A stretch of DNA of 64,000 nt from an uncultured Acidobacteriota bacterium (GTDB lineage: Bacteria > Acidobacteriota > Vicinamibacteria > Vicinamibacterales > UBA2999), in NCBI GenBank assembly GCA_963814955.1, contig CAWFEX010000011.1:192796-256795 (forward strand). The letters are read 5' to 3'. Within the stretch, counting starts at the first letter, position 1. Each line of letters begins with the position of its first letter. Below are positions 1 through 11,246 of this stretch, piece by piece. The position numbers and the translations under genes are program-made. The notes under the pieces are model-generated. The model saw nothing but the letters and a program-made list of their open reading frames with translations. It was not told where the DNA came from and made no database searches.

Positions 1-12
1 GGCCGGAGGTTC

Positions 13-999
13 ATGGACCTCGACCTGTCACTCGACTTCCTGCGCGTCGTCGAACAGGCGGCCATCGCGTGCGCGCAGACGATGGGCCAGGGCGATCGGC
101 ACAAGTCAGACCAGGTGGCAGTGGAGGCTATGCGGCGCGAGCTCGACTCCGTGCCCATCGACGGCACCATTGTCATCGGTGAAGGCGAACGCGACGAGGC
201 GCCGATGCTCTACATCGGTGAAAAAGTGGGCCAGTCGCACAAAGAGACCAACGGCCGGAAGTTCCCGCAGGTGGATATCGCCGTGGATCCACTCGAGGGA
301 ACGAATCTGTGCGCCACCGGAGCGGCAAACGCGCTTGCGGTGCTGGCGGCGTCCGAACACGGCGGCCTGTTGCACGCACCTGACATCTACATGGAAAAGC
401 TGGTCGTCGGTCCGAGCTCGAGGGACGTTGTCGATCTGGATGCGCCCGTGCGGTTCAATCTGCGGGCGATCGCGCAGGCCCTCGGCCGTCGTGTCGAAGA
501 CCTCGTCGTCATCGTTCTGGACCGCCCGCGACACAAGCAGCTCATCGACGAGATTCGTGCGACGGGCGCGCGGATCAGATTGATTGGAGACGGCGATCTT
601 TCAGCCGGTATCGCAGCGGCAGTTGTGGGCAGCGGTGTACATGCGGTCATGGGAACTGGAGGCGCGCCCGAAGGTGTGCTGACGGCCGCGGCGATGCGGT
701 GTCTCAACGGTGAAATCTTTGCGCGTCTCGTCATAACCAAGCCCGAGGACGAGGAGCGGTGTCGTACTATGGGGATTACGGACCTCACAAGGGTGTACCG
801 CTCGAAAGATCTTGCTTCAGGAGAGCGGATCATCTTCGCCGCCACAGGGGTGACCGACGGCACGTTGATGCGCGGCGTGCGGTTCTTCGGAGAGGGCACA
901 CGCACGACGTCGATTGTGATGCAGACCCACCAACACCAGATTCGGTTCATCGACAGCATTCAGGTGAATCCGTCAAAGGATGTGAAGATCAGGTTCTAG
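13..999 (+). CDS. glpX: Fructose-1,6-bisphosphatase class II (GlpX type)
   Basis: Full-length 328-aa [21 protein letters not shown] and DPLEGTN segments and overall pattern match the GlpX family. Confidence 0.9.
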   Translation: MDLDLSLDFLRVVEQAAIACAQTMGQGDRHKSDQVAVEAMRRELDSVPIDGTIVIGEGERDEAPMLYIGEKVGQSHKETNGRKFPQVDIAVDPLEGTNLCATGAANALAVLAASEHGGLLHAPDIYMEKLVVGPSSRDVVDLDAPVRFNLRAIAQALGRRVEDLVVIVLDRPRHKQLIDEIRATGARIRLIGDGDLSAGIAAAVVGSGVHAVMGTGGAPEGVLTAAAMRCLNGEIFARLVITKPEDEERCRTMGITDLTRVYRSKDLASGERIIFAATGVTDGTLMRGVRFFGEGTRTTSIVMQTHQHQIRFIDSIQVNPSKDVKIRF

Positions 1000-1011
1000 T
1001 GGATCCCATCG

Positions 1012-2226
1012 GTGCAGTCCTGGAAACGTAACCAGGCGGCGGTGACCGCGGCTGCCTTCGTGGGTTTTACCGGCTTTACGCTGGTAATGCCGTTCCTTCC
1101 CCTTTATATCCGCCAGCTTGGCGTTACCGACATCGGCGAGATCGCACTGTGGACCGGGGTGACGTTAGGCGTCTCGCCCGCCATCGCTGCGCTCACTGCG
1201 CCGCTCTGGGGACGCGTCGGTGATCGATTTGGCAACAAGCTGCTCGTGCAGCGGTCGCTGATCAGCTTCATCGCAGTGATGACCGCAATGGCGTATGTCA
1301 CGAGACCGTGGCATCTGTTCGCGCTTCGCGCTATCCAGGGGTTCTTCGCCGGGTATGGACCGCTGACGTTGTCGATGGCAGCGCTCTCGGCGCCGCGCGA
1401 GAAAATGGCTGTCGCGATCGGTACGGTGCAAACAGCTCAGCGCATGGGCCCGGCGATTGGACCCGTGATCGGAGGAGTGCTGGCGCCGGTGTTCGGCCTC
1501 CGCAACTCGTTCTTCGTGGCGGCAGGCTTCTATCTGGCGGCATTCATCATGATCACGGTGCTGTTCAAGGAGCCGCCGCGAGCACCAAAACCGGCCGCCG
1601 GCCGTCCCCGGACGGCCTTTGCATCGATTCTGGCGTTCGAAAATTTTCTTCTGGTGATGGTCGTGCTGTTCGGGCTGCAGCTCGTCGATCGAAGCTTTGG
1701 GCCGGTGCTGCCTCTGCATCTCGGCGAGCTGGGCTATTCGTCAGAGGATGTGCCGGTTGTCGCAGGGGTCCTCTTTTCGGTGCTCGCCTTCACCGCGGCA
1801 CTCGGCAATCAACTCTCGAGCCGGGTGCTCAGGCGTCATTCGCCGCGAGTCGTCATCATCTGGGCTGTGCTGATTGCCGCCGCCGGGCTGGGTGTGTTCA
1901 CCATGTCCCGGAGCATCTGGGTGCTGGCTCCCTCGCTCGCCGTGGTGGGCCTCTGCATGGGTACATCGATCACGACGGCATTTACCGCCGGAGGCGCCGT
2001 CATTCCTCAGGACGTGCACGCGACGGGGTTTGGATTTCTGACGAGCGCATCACTGAGCGGCGTGGCCATCAGTCCAGTGCTGAGCGGTCTCGTGGCCGCG
2101 CGGAGCATCCGGGCGGTATTCGTGGTCGCCGTGGCCGTCTTGTTGACGCTCGCCCTCGTCGTAAGGCGGGTCATGGTGGAACGCAACCCGCCAATCGAAG
2201 CGGCGCCGGTCGTCGACCAAAGCTAG
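1012..2226 (+). CDS. MFS transporter
   Basis: 404-aa ORF made of about 12 hydrophobic helices. GRVGDRFGNK loop after TM2 is an MFS signature. Confidence 0.8.
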   Translation: MQSWKRNQAAVTAAAFVGFTGFTLVMPFLPLYIRQLGVTDIGEIALWTGVTLGVSPAIAALTAPLWGRVGDRFGNKLLVQRSLISFIAVMTAMAYVTRPWHLFALRAIQGFFAGYGPLTLSMAALSAPREKMAVAIGTVQTAQRMGPAIGPVIGGVLAPVFGLRNSFFVAAGFYLAAFIMITVLFKEPPRAPKPAAGRPRTAFASILAFENFLLVMVVLFGLQLVDRSFGPVLPLHLGELGYSSEDVPVVAGVLFSVLAFTAALGNQLSSRVLRRHSPRVVIIWAVLIAAAGLGVFTMSRSIWVLAPSLAVVGLCMGTSITTAFTAGGAVIPQDVHATGFGFLTSASLSGVAISPVLSGLVAARSIRAVFVVAVAVLLTLALVVRRVMVERNPPIEAAPVVDQS

Positions 2227-2425
2227 TGCGTCCCTTCTACGCTCCAGGCTCCGGTTGATGAACCCTCATTCTTCGTGTTCCCCCTTATGCTTCCGCCGGC
2301 GCCATGGACGCTTCGTCTTGTCCTCGTGCACCCCACCGGTCTGACGGGGGAGTGGGGCGCGAGGTTTGATCGCCTTCTTTCGTTTAGGTCGTCGGGCCGC
2401 CACGGTCGTGGTGCTATTGTAGTGA

Positions 2426-3712
2426 GTGTCCCCATCAAAGCCGGAACGCGCCGCTCTGGTCGGCCTCGTAAGCGGTCCGGGCCGCCGCCTCGATTCCGAG
2501 CGATCGCTCGCTGAGCTGGCGGGGCTTGCCGACGCGGCCGGCGCCATCGTCGTGCTTCAAGTGATGCAGGAACGACCCAGGCCCGATCCCGCGACATTCA
2601 TCGGGGCGGGCAAGGTGTCGGCTCTGGCGTCCGCCTGCGCCGAGGCAGGCGTGGACGTGGTCGTTTTCGACAACGAGCTGACGCCGGCACAACTGCGTCA
2701 GCTCGAACAGAAGCTCGACTGCAAGGTGGTTGACCGCACGCAGCTGATTCTCGACATCTTCGCGCGGCGGGCGCGAACCCGCGAAGGCAAATGGCAGGTG
2801 GAACTGGCGCAGCTCAAGTACCTGCTGCCGCGCCTCGTCGGTACCGGCACCGCACTGTCGCGGCTTGGCGGCGGCATCGGTACCCGTGGTCCTGGTGAGA
2901 CCAAGCTCGAAACCGACCGCCGCCGCATCCGTACCCGCATCAGGTCGGTTCAGCGGGAAATCGATCACGTCCGGCAGCGGCGCGCTCAGCTCAGAGAACG
3001 GCGGCAGCGACAATCCGTCCCGACGGTCGCCCTGGTCGGCTATACCAACGCCGGAAAGACGACGCTGTTCAACCGCATGACGAACGAACGGGCGGTTGCG
3101 TCAGACGCGCTTTTCGTGACGCTCGATCCCCTTGTCCGCCAGGTACGTCTTCCGGATCGACGCGAGTTGCTCGTATCCGACACGGTCGGTTTCATCGATC
3201 GCTTGCCACACACGCTCGTTGCGGCGTTTCGGGCGACGCTCGAAGAAGTTGCGGAAGCGGATCTGGCGTTGCACGTCATCGATGCGGCGTCGCCGGAACG
3301 TGACCACCACATCGCCGCGGTACGAAAAGTGCTGGAGGAGGTTGGCGCTGCGGAGGTCCCTTCAATCGACGTGTACAACAAGGCGGACATTCTCACTGCT
3401 GATGAACGGCGGCGCATTACCGACCGCGACCCCGGAGCGGCCCTGATTTCGGCGCGCACGGGCGAAGGTATCGACGAGCTCGTCCAGATGATTGCTTCCC
3501 GGGTTGCGCTCGACACGCGGCGCATTACTATTACCTTCGACAGCGACAAGGCGTTCGACCGCGACCAGATTGCCCGGCTCTACCGTGTGGCGCGCGTCGT
3601 GAGCCACGTCGCCACTAACGGCCGCGTCGTGATCGAGGCCGATGTGCCGCGGCGGTACATTGCGCGGCTGACGGCCCCGCAGCCCCCCGGAGAGACTGCG
3701 AATGCGAGCTGA
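2426..3712 (+). CDS. hflX: GTPase HflX
   Basis: HflX N-domain followed by G1 GYTNAGKTTLFN, G3 DTVGF and G4 NKAD. Confidence 0.9.
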   Translation: MSPSKPERAALVGLVSGPGRRLDSERSLAELAGLADAAGAIVVLQVMQERPRPDPATFIGAGKVSALASACAEAGVDVVVFDNELTPAQLRQLEQKLDCKVVDRTQLILDIFARRARTREGKWQVELAQLKYLLPRLVGTGTALSRLGGGIGTRGPGETKLETDRRRIRTRIRSVQREIDHVRQRRAQLRERRQRQSVPTVALVGYTNAGKTTLFNRMTNERAVASDALFVTLDPLVRQVRLPDRRELLVSDTVGFIDRLPHTLVAAFRATLEEVAEADLALHVIDAASPERDHHIAAVRKVLEEVGAAEVPSIDVYNKADILTADERRRITDRDPGAALISARTGEGIDELVQMIASRVALDTRRITITFDSDKAFDRDQIARLYRVARVVSHVATNGRVVIEADVPRRYIARLTAPQPPGETANAS

Positions 3713-5051
3713 ACGGCTTGCCCTCGTTTTGATGATTGCGTTCGTCGCGGCTGGCTGCGCGACGAGGCCGGCGCCGCCCGTCACCACTTCGCCGGCGTTT
3801 CCGGAGTTTGTGTATCCAGTTCCTCCACGTGGTATCGGCACCGTGGATGATGCCGCTCGTCTCGACCGGGGGTGGCGGTTCCTGCAGGCGAACGACCTGC
3901 CGAATGCGGATCTCGAATTCAGCGCCGCTCTGAAACGAACGCCGGCACTCTATCCGGCGCGCGCAGGGAGCGCCTACGTTTCCCTGGCCGGACAAAAGCT
4001 CGATGCGGCACTCAGCGGGTTCGATGCCGTCCTGAAGACGGCACCGACGTATGTGCCCGCGCTGATCGGCCGCGGTCAAACTCTTCTGGCCCTGAATCGA
4101 GACACCGCGGCGCTCGTGGCGTTCGAGGCGGCGCTCGCAGCCGACCCGTCGCTGACGGAGGTACGCCGAAGGGTCGACGTGCTGCGGTTTCGAAGTCTGC
4201 AGGAGTTGATTGAAACCGCGCGGACCGCGACAGCGGCCGGGCGACTGGACGAAGCGGCCGCGGCGTATGAGCGCGCGCTGTCGGCGTCGCCGGATACCGC
4301 GTTTCTGTACCGTGACCTTGGCCTCGTCACACTGCGGCAGGGGAACATCGACTCCGCACTGAATCGATTCCGGCGAGCGGTCCAGCTCGATCCTTCCGAT
4401 ACCGCCTCTTTCATACAAATCGGCCAGCTGCTCGAGCGGCGGGAAGACTTCGCCGGCGCCGAAGCTGCGTACCGGCAGGCGGCAAACAACGATCCGAGTG
4501 CGGAACTGAGCGCGAAGCTCGCGGCGCTTGCGGAGCGGTCGCGCGACGCAAACCTTCCGGCTGAGTTCCGGGCGATTGCGGCGGCGCAGCAGATTGCGCG
4601 GGGCGATTTGGCGGCGCTCATCGGCGTGCGCCTCGAAGACGTCCTGCGGCTCACTCCGGCGAAGGAAGTGGTTGTCACTGACATCGCCGGACATTGGGCC
4701 GCGTCGTGGATTACCGCCGTTGCGCGTGCGGGCGTGATCGAGCCGTTCGCCAACCACACGTTCCAGCCGGGGAGCCCGGTGACCCGGGCCGAGCTGGCGG
4801 GCGCGGTCAGCCGTGTCCTGACGCTTGCGGCGGCGAACCGGCCGGACTTGCGGCCTCATCTCACCGCACGACCCGCAATCGCCGACATGTCAGCCGGCCA
4901 CCTCAGTTACCCGGCCGCGTCGATCGCGGTGTCATCGGGCGTGATGCCTCTCGCGCAGGGCGCTCGTTTCGAAGTGGCACGCCCGGTCTCGGGCGCCGAA
5001 GCCACCAGCGCCATACTTCGCCTGCGCGATCTCACCAGCGCCCAGCGCTGA
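3702..5051 (+). CDS. TPR-repeat lipoprotein with C-terminal SLH-like segment
   Basis: Signal peptide with lipobox (FVAAGC) and repeated TPR-type helices. C-terminal HWAASWI...F.P...VTRAELA resembles an SLH module (tentative). Confidence 0.6.
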   Translation: MRAERLALVLMIAFVAAGCATRPAPPVTTSPAFPEFVYPVPPRGIGTVDDAARLDRGWRFLQANDLPNADLEFSAALKRTPALYPARAGSAYVSLAGQKLDAALSGFDAVLKTAPTYVPALIGRGQTLLALNRDTAALVAFEAALAADPSLTEVRRRVDVLRFRSLQELIETARTATAAGRLDEAAAAYERALSASPDTAFLYRDLGLVTLRQGNIDSALNRFRRAVQLDPSDTASFIQIGQLLERREDFAGAEAAYRQAANNDPSAELSAKLAALAERSRDANLPAEFRAIAAAQQIARGDLAALIGVRLEDVLRLTPAKEVVVTDIAGHWAASWITAVARAGVIEPFANHTFQPGSPVTRAELAGAVSRVLTLAAANRPDLRPHLTARPAIADMSAGHLSYPAASIAVSSGVMPLAQGARFEVARPVSGAEATSAILRLRDLTSAQR

Positions 5052-5057
5052 CCCGCC

Positions 5058-5636
5058 GTGGGCATTCTCACCGTCGCCAACCAGCTGACGATTCTGCGGA
5101 TCATGCTGGTTCCGGCGTTCGTCCTGCTGGTCGTGTACGGCTATCTCGGGTGGTCGCTGGTCGCGTTTCTCGTGGCTGGCATCACCGACGGGCTGGACGG
5201 ACTCATCGCAAGACGGGCCGGCCAGCGGACGAGTCTGGGCGCATGGCTGGATCCAATGGCCGACAAGCTCCTGCTCGTCACGACATTCATTGTCCTGACG
5301 CTGCCTGGCATCCCGTTGACGAACCATCTGCCGCTCTGGCTGACGATCGTTGTGATCAGCCGCGATATCGTGATCGTGGCCGTCGTCGCGATTATCAGTT
5401 TTGCTATCGGCCCGCGCACGTTCCAGCCGTCGGTGTGGGGCAAGCTGGCAACGGCCACCTACATCGTCACGAGCGTCGTCGTGATGTATTACAACTTTCG
5501 CCAGGAGGACGCGGTCATCGTCGACGTGTTCATCTGGACGTCACTCATCGTGACACTGGTGTCCGCGGCCGACTACTTCCTGAAGCTGCGCCGTCTCATC
5601 AACGAAACGCAGGAGCCCACGATTTCGCAGGCATGA
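5058..5636 (+). CDS. pgsA: CDP-diacylglycerol--glycerol-3-phosphate 3-phosphatidyltransferase (CDP-alcohol phosphatidyltransferase family)
   Basis: 192 aa. Motif DGLDGLIARR..G..LDPMADK and four or more TM helices. Confidence 0.85.
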   Translation: MGILTVANQLTILRIMLVPAFVLLVVYGYLGWSLVAFLVAGITDGLDGLIARRAGQRTSLGAWLDPMADKLLLVTTFIVLTLPGIPLTNHLPLWLTIVVISRDIVIVAVVAIISFAIGPRTFQPSVWGKLATATYIVTSVVVMYYNFRQEDAVIVDVFIWTSLIVTLVSAADYFLKLRRLINETQEPTISQA

Positions 5637-5674
5637 ACCGGCCCGGAAGGCAAACCGCCGCGGATCGGGGCGGG

Positions 5675-6607
5675 TTAGGTCGCGAGTTTGCTCTTGAAGT
5701 AGTCGACCGTTTTGACGAGACCGTCTTCGAGTCCCACTTTCGGTTCCCATCCAAGCAGAGTTCGCGCCCGCGTGATATCCGGCCTTCGCTGTTTCGGGTC
5801 GTCCACCGGCAGAGGCCGATACACGACCTTGCTCGATGAACCCAGCAATCCGATGATGACCCGCGCGATCTGCTCGATGGTGACTTCGTGCGGGTTGCCG
5901 ATGTTGACGGGATCGTTGGTGTCGGCGTCCATCAATCGGAGCACGCCGTCAACCAGATCGCTGACATAGCAGAAGCTCCGGGTCTGAGTACCATCGCCGA
6001 ACACCGTGACGTCCTCACCCCGAAGGGCCTGCGACATGAACGCAGGAACCGCCCGGCCATCGCGCAGCCGCATCCGGGGGCCATAGGTATTGAAGATGCG
6101 AACGATTCTCGTGTCGAGACCGTGGTAGCGATGATAGGCGAACGTAATCGCCTCGGCGAACCGCTTTGCCTCGTCGTAGACGCCACGCGGGCCGATTGGA
6201 TTGACGTGGCCCCAGTACGCTTCGGTTTGTGGATGTTCGAGCGGGTCCCCGTACACCTCTGACGTCGACGCCAGCACGAAGCGCGCGCGCTTGGCCAGGG
6301 CCAGACCGAGCGCATTGTGGGTGCCGAGGGAACCTACTTTCAGGGTCTGAATCGGTAGCTCGAGATAGTCGATCGGGCTCGCCGGGCTTGCCCAATGGAG
6401 AATGACGTCCACCGGTCCGTCGATGTCGATGTACCGGGTCACGTCATGTCGAATGAACTCGAACGCGCGGCCGCGCAGGTGATGAAGGTTGCCGAGATCG
6501 CCCGTCAGCAGGTTATCCACGCCGACGACCGTGTGACCGCGATCGAGCAGCGCTTCGCAGAGATGCGATCCCAGGAATCCGGCGGCGCCGGTGACGACGG
6601 CTCTCAA
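5675..6607 (-). CDS. UDP-glucuronate decarboxylase (UDP-xylose synthase-like SDR)
   Basis: Rossmann motif GAAGFLGSH, catalytic YDEAK, plus STSEVYGDP and IFNTYGPRM. Probable TTG start at 6607 overlaps (ATTGA) the true stop of the upstream gene. The ORF track shows it fused into a 790-aa ORF. Confidence 0.8.
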   Translation of the reverse strand: MRAVVTGAAGFLGSHLCEALLDRGHTVVGVDNLLTGDLGNLHHLRGRAFEFIRHDVTRYIDIDGPVDVILHWASPASPIDYLELPIQTLKVGSLGTHNALGLALAKRARFVLASTSEVYGDPLEHPQTEAYWGHVNPIGPRGVYDEAKRFAEAITFAYHRYHGLDTRIVRIFNTYGPRMRLRDGRAVPAFMSQALRGEDVTVFGDGTQTRSFCYVSDLVDGVLRLMDADTNDPVNIGNPHEVTIEQIARVIIGLLGSSSKVVYRPLPVDDPKQRRPDITRARTLLGWEPKVGLEDGLVKTVDYFKSKLAT

Positions 6608-8047
6608 TATGCGATTCCGCGCTGGAACAGGCCGCGAAAAAGCGTGAGCCACATGATCTTCAGATCGAGGGTCACCGACCAGTTCTCGATGTAATACAGG
6701 TCTGTACTCGATTCGCTTTTCCAGCGAGGTATTGCCGCGCCAGCCGTTCACCTGCGCCCAGCCGGTGATACCAGCCTTCACCTTGTGGCGCAGCATGTAC
6801 TGCGGAATGCGGTGCTTGAACTGCTCGACGAAGTAGGGACGTTCCGGCCGTGGCCCGACAATCGACATGTCGCCTGTGAGGACGTTCCAGAACTGCGGTA
6901 GTTCGTCGAGGTCGAAGCGCCGGAGCCACCGTCCGATCCGTGTGGCGCGCGGGTCGTCATCGCGAGCCCATACTGGGCCCGTGTCGTTTTCGGCTCCTTC
7001 GGGCATCGATCGAAACTTGTAAACATTGAACGCTTTACCGTCGAGACCCATGCGCTCCTGGCGATAGAAGATCGGACCCTCGGACGTGAGTCGGACGAGC
7101 GCCGCAATAATCGCCAGCGGAAGCGACAGAAGCAGGAGCGCCACGGCGGATACGGCGACGTCGATGGCCCGCTTCACCCACGTATTGAAGCCCTGCAGCG
7201 GAACGTCGTTGATGTTGATGATCGGCAGACCGTCGAGATCCTCGAGACGTGCCCGCAGCGCGATGAACTGCAGAAGGTCTGGCACGACCTTCACGTCGAT
7301 GAATTCGCGGCTGGTGATTTCAATCAGATCCAGGAGCTTCGAATGTTCCTCGAGCGCCAGAGCCACGTACAAATGATCGACACGCTCTCTCTGCGCGATC
7401 TCGCCGACCTCACTCAGCGTGCCGAGCAGCGGCAGGCCGCGATACCCGAGATGGTCGCCGCCTGCCCGGTCGTCGACGAACCCGACTACCTGATAGCCCA
7501 GCTCACGATGCTGCAGGATACGGTCCGCAACCATCCGGCCGAGGTCGCCCGCTCCGGCAATCAGGATGCGCTTGAGGCCGATGCCGGCCCGCCACCGCCG
7601 CTCGAGGAGCTCACGCACGGCCTCACGGGAGCTGTATGTGAACAGAACGTTGAGGCCCAGGAAGAGAGCCCACACAATCTGCGACACTTCGTATGCGCCG
7701 CTGGCCTTGGCTTCCTCAGACGCGTAGTAGACCTGCACGTACAACGTCGAGATGACGCCTAGAACCACGGCAAGGATGCTTCCAATCAGGACGGCGAAGA
7801 AGTCGTCTACGCGCGAACGCCCACGACGCAGGCGATACACACCCTGAAGCTGGAAAGCCAACGGCGTGAGCACGACGATGAACGGCAGCACGTTGACGTA
7901 CTGCTCGAACGGCGGATATCCGTGCGTGACCGGCACGAGACCGCTTTCGAACCGAATCCCGAATGCCAGAATGAACGCCCACGTGGCCAGAACCGCGTCC
8001 GAGACGACGTAGCAGGCGACGAGGAGGCGGTTGTAGCGTCTTACCAT
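6604..8047 (-). CDS. Exopolysaccharide priming polyprenyl-phosphate glycosyl-1-phosphate transferase (WcaJ/WbaP-like), frameshifted near its 3' end
   Basis: N-terminal TM helices, a Rossmann-like [10 protein letters not shown] domain, and a bacterial sugar transferase domain ([31 protein letters not shown]). The canonical tail [24 protein letters not shown] lies in the neighbouring frame after an extra base near 6703. Confidence 0.8.
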
Positions 8048-9153
8048 CGCGTTCCAACAGGCGAGGCCGTGGTCTCCTCGATCACTTCGCGCATCCGGCG
8101 CACGTGGCGCTCACGCGTGAAGCGCTGCGCCGATGCCGCGATTGTCGCGGGGTCGAAGCGACAGCCGGCAACGCGATTGAGTGCCACCGCGAGCGCCGCC
8201 GCATCGGGCTCATCGAACAACACGCCATTCTCGCCGTCGATCACCGTCTCGGTGGCGCCTCCGCGGCCGAGCGCGACGACGGGACGGCCGCACGCATGTG
8301 CTTCGACAGGCACGATTCCAAAGTCTTCCTCTCCGGGCAGTATGACAGCGAGCGCCTTTCGATATTCATCGCGGACTTCCTGATCGCTCAACCGTCCAAG
8401 AAACTCCACGTTCTGTCCTGCCCGGGCTTCCAGCCTCCGCCGATCCGGGCCGTCACCGACGATGCGCAGTGCCGCCCCCACCTTCTCACAGGCATCCATG
8501 GCCAGCTCGATTCGCTTGTACGGAACGAGAGCGGACACGATCAGAAAGTGCGTGCCCGGAGTGATGTCGGTGGGATGAAAAAAGACCGTGTCAACCGGTG
8601 GATACACGATCGTTGTCTCGCGATTATAGTATCGGCGGATCCGTGCTGCAACGTGCGCCGAGTTGGCGACGAACCGATGCACGCGTGCGGTCGTGGCCAC
8701 ATCCCATCGCGCCAGCCTGGCCAGCAGGGGCCGGTACACCCATCGATTCGCGAAGCGTCCCACGCGCGCAGGTCCGAAATACGCATCGAATTGATCCCAT
8801 GCGTACCTCATCGGGGAGTGGCAGTAGCACAGGTGCCGCGCCCGGCCGGGAGGCACAACCGCCTTCGCCGCGCAGTGACTCGAGCTGATCACGAGCTCGT
8901 ACCGATCCAGATCGAACTGCTCGATGGCGAAAGGAAAGAGCGGAAGGTACTTCCGATAACTCGTCGCCGCGAGGGGCAGGCGCTGCACGAAGGACGTCGC
9001 AATACGATGTCGCTCGATTGTCGGCGACACGGAGCCGCGGACGTAACACAAGGTAAAGATATCGGCGTCCGGATGCAGCTCGCACAAAGCCTCGAGCACG
9101 CGTTCGCCGCCGCGCATGCCGGTGAGCCAGTCGTGAATCAGCGCCGTTCTCAG
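8041..9153 (-). CDS. Glycosyltransferase family 4
   Basis: [19 protein letters not shown]-terminus and a C-terminal GT1/GT4 [18 protein letters not shown] motif. Start uncertain: the ORF-track start at 9393 overlaps the upstream gene and is probably too far upstream. Confidence 0.7.
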   Translation of the reverse strand: MRTALIHDWLTGMRGGERVLEALCELHPDADIFTLCYVRGSVSPTIERHRIATSFVQRLPLAATSYRKYLPLFPFAIEQFDLDRYELVISSSHCAAKAVVPPGRARHLCYCHSPMRYAWDQFDAYFGPARVGRFANRWVYRPLLARLARWDVATTARVHRFVANSAHVAARIRRYYNRETTIVYPPVDTVFFHPTDITPGTHFLIVSALVPYKRIELAMDACEKVGAALRIVGDGPDRRRLEARAGQNVEFLGRLSDQEVRDEYRKALAVILPGEEDFGIVPVEAHACGRPVVALGRGGATETVIDGENGVLFDEPDAAALAVALNRVAGCRFDPATIAASAQRFTRERHVRRMREVIEETTASPVGTRW

Positions 9154-10265
9154 TGGCTGCCTCCGACTTCCTGATAGAGCTCCCGCGTTCGGGCCACCGA
9201 GCGTTCCCAGGAGAACTCGCGTGCGCGGGCAATTCCCTTTGCGCGAAGCTCTGCGCTCAGCGCGGCATCGGTCAGAACCCGGTGCATGCCTTCGGCGATC
9301 GATTCCACCTCGTAGGGATCGACGAGTACGGCGGCATCGCCGGTCACTTCCGGCAGCGACGATACGTTCGACGTCACCACCGGGGTGCCGCACGCCATCG
9401 CCTCCAGGGGCGGCAGACCGAAGCCTTCGTAGAGAGACGGAAACACGAACACCTCGGCGAGCCGGTACAACACGGAGAGTGTTTCATCCGGCTGGTAGCC
9501 GAGGAAGCGGACGTGCTTGTGGAGCTTGTGCGTGTGGACGGCGCGCCTCAACGCCGGCAGCTTCGAGATCTCGTCGCCGATGATGAGCAGCTTCAGCTCC
9601 TCGAAGCCGCGATGCCGCAGCATGTCGTATGCCTCGATCAGCCGGACGAGGTTTTTGTGAGGCTTGATATTGCCGACATACAGCACGAAGCCTTGCGTGA
9701 GCTGGTACCGCTCGCGCACGCGTGCCACGTCCTCCTCCGACGGCGCGGCACGAAACCGCTCGTCGATGGCGTTGTAGACGACCACGATCTTCTCCGGCCG
9801 GACGTTGAAAAAATGAATGATGTCGCGTTTGGAAGCCTCCGAGACGGTGAGAATGCGGTGCGACCGTCGGACCGCCATCCACATCGACGCCTTGGCATAC
9901 GCGTACGCCGCGCGGCTCGGCAGGTATTGCGGGAACATCAGGTGAATGCAGTCGTGAATGGTGACAACCGAGCGGCACCGTGTCGCCGGCGGCAGCACAT
10001 AGTGCGGCGCATGAAACACGTCGGGGCGCTCGCGGTGGAGGACCCACGGCACGTGAATCTGCTCCCGGAGCGAATAGTTTGGCGACGGCTCGAGCACAGT
10101 GCGGAAGTTCGGCCCCAGTTGACTGCCGACGGACAAATCCGATGCCTGGCAGAGAAGGACGTACTCGCTCTCGCGATCGATGCGGGCCAGATGCCGCAGG
10201 AGATTGCGTGTGTACGTCCCGATGCCGAAATCGTGAAGCTTCCGCGCGTCGATGGCGACCCGCAT
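9150..10265 (-). CDS. Glycosyltransferase family 4
   Basis: [10 protein letters not shown] start (ATG at 10265) and [19 protein letters not shown]-x7-E type motif. Confidence 0.75.
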   Translation of the reverse strand: MRVAIDARKLHDFGIGTYTRNLLRHLARIDRESEYVLLCQASDLSVGSQLGPNFRTVLEPSPNYSLREQIHVPWVLHRERPDVFHAPHYVLPPATRCRSVVTIHDCIHLMFPQYLPSRAAYAYAKASMWMAVRRSHRILTVSEASKRDIIHFFNVRPEKIVVVYNAIDERFRAAPSEEDVARVRERYQLTQGFVLYVGNIKPHKNLVRLIEAYDMLRHRGFEELKLLIIGDEISKLPALRRAVHTHKLHKHVRFLGYQPDETLSVLYRLAEVFVFPSLYEGFGLPPLEAMACGTPVVTSNVSSLPEVTGDAAVLVDPYEVESIAEGMHRVLTDAALSAELRAKGIARAREFSWERSVARTRELYQEVGGSH

Positions 10266-10285
10266 CTCTAGTGGACCGGGCGGCG

Positions 10286-10324
10286 TTGTGACTTGTGCCT
10301 TGTGACCTGTGCTTTGTGACTTGG
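10286..10324. repeat. Short tandem TTGTGACY/TTGTGCC tract (variant of the TTTGACY tracts)
   Basis: ttgtgacttgtgccttgtgacctgtgctttgtgacttgg sits in the spacer between two glycosyltransferase genes. Confidence 0.6.
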
Positions 10325-10348
10325 CATGCGTAGCCATTATATTGGCCG

Positions 10349-11176
10349 TCAGTCGGGCGGCAGGCGATTGCGCAGTGCGAGATACCTGCGAAGCAGCGGC
10401 AGCCAGTTCGGGCGGTGCTTTGCGTAGAACGCAAGCTGGCTCCGACGGTACGCCTGCTCCGTGAGACCCGGAAGCGAAGCGACCGACCGTCCGCGTAAAT
10501 GGCGGACCTCGGCGTCAGGGACGAAGAGCACCCTGCGGCCGCGCGCGCGAATCGCCGCGCAGAAGTCGACGTCTTCCGCGTACATGAAATATCGCTCGTC
10601 GAATAGTCCGACCGCTTCGGCGTCGGCTCGGCGCACCAGCAAACACGCACCGCTGACCCAGTCAACCACCCGCGCCCGGCGCGTCAGTCGTTCAACGTAA
10701 CCGCGTATCAGTGGGGTGCCGCGGTCATTGCCGCGGACGAGCAGCCTCTGGCACAGCTCGGCAAACGGTCCAATCATCGAGCCGAACGACAGCTCCGCGC
10801 GCCCCTGTCCGTCCACGAGACGGGGACCGGCGATCGCGGCATCGGGCCTGGACGCGAGTACTTCCAGCAGGCGCGCGATGGCTCCGGGACCAACCTCCGT
10901 GTCCGGGTTCAGCACAAGCACGAACCCGGCAGTCGAGGCTCGAATGCCGATGTTGTTGGCGCGCGCGAAGCCGAGGTTCGACCCGGCATCGATGATCCTG
11001 ACGGCGGGCCAATGCCGCTTGATTGCGCTTGCGGTTCCGTCGGGAGAGGCGTTGTCGACGACAATCGTCTCGCAATCCAGTGGAGGAAGTGTCCGCGCCA
11101 GCGAATCGAGGCACGCGTCAATCTGCCCGATCGAGTTGTATGTGACGATGACGATCGAGAGCCTCCGAGTGGTCAC
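10349..11176 (-). CDS. Glycosyltransferase family 2
   Basis: SIVIVTYNS...VVDNASPDGT GT-A fold N-terminus and a DxD-like region. 275 aa. Confidence 0.8.
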   Translation of the reverse strand: MTTRRLSIVIVTYNSIGQIDACLDSLARTLPPLDCETIVVDNASPDGTASAIKRHWPAVRIIDAGSNLGFARANNIGIRASTAGFVLVLNPDTEVGPGAIARLLEVLASRPDAAIAGPRLVDGQGRAELSFGSMIGPFAELCQRLLVRGNDRGTPLIRGYVERLTRRARVVDWVSGACLLVRRADAEAVGLFDERYFMYAEDVDFCAAIRARGRRVLFVPDAEVRHLRGRSVASLPGLTEQAYRRSQLAFYAKHRPNWLPLLRRYLALRNRLPPD

Positions 11177-11246
11177 CTTCGACCTCTCACTTCGACCTCT
11201 GCGCCTTCACCATCACCTTTGACTTTTGACCTTTGACTCTTGACTT
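11176..11246. repeat. CTTCGACCTCT x2 plus TTTGACY x4 short tandem repeat tract
   Basis: ccttcgacctctcacttcgacctct...cctttgacttttgacctttgactcttgacttacgg. It overlaps the last 11 codons and the stop of the GT4 gene. Confidence 0.65.

Noticed and set aside
3615-4859. Long antisense or shadow ORFs (3615-4859, 8104-9174, 9153-10271, 9484-10665, 41265-42425, 52566-53540, 60944-61930, and most of 31566-32582)
   Set aside because: They overlap well supported genes on the opposite strand or in another frame. They have Arg/Ala/Pro/Gly-rich compositions typical of non-coding frames in high-GC DNA and carry no recognisable motifs.
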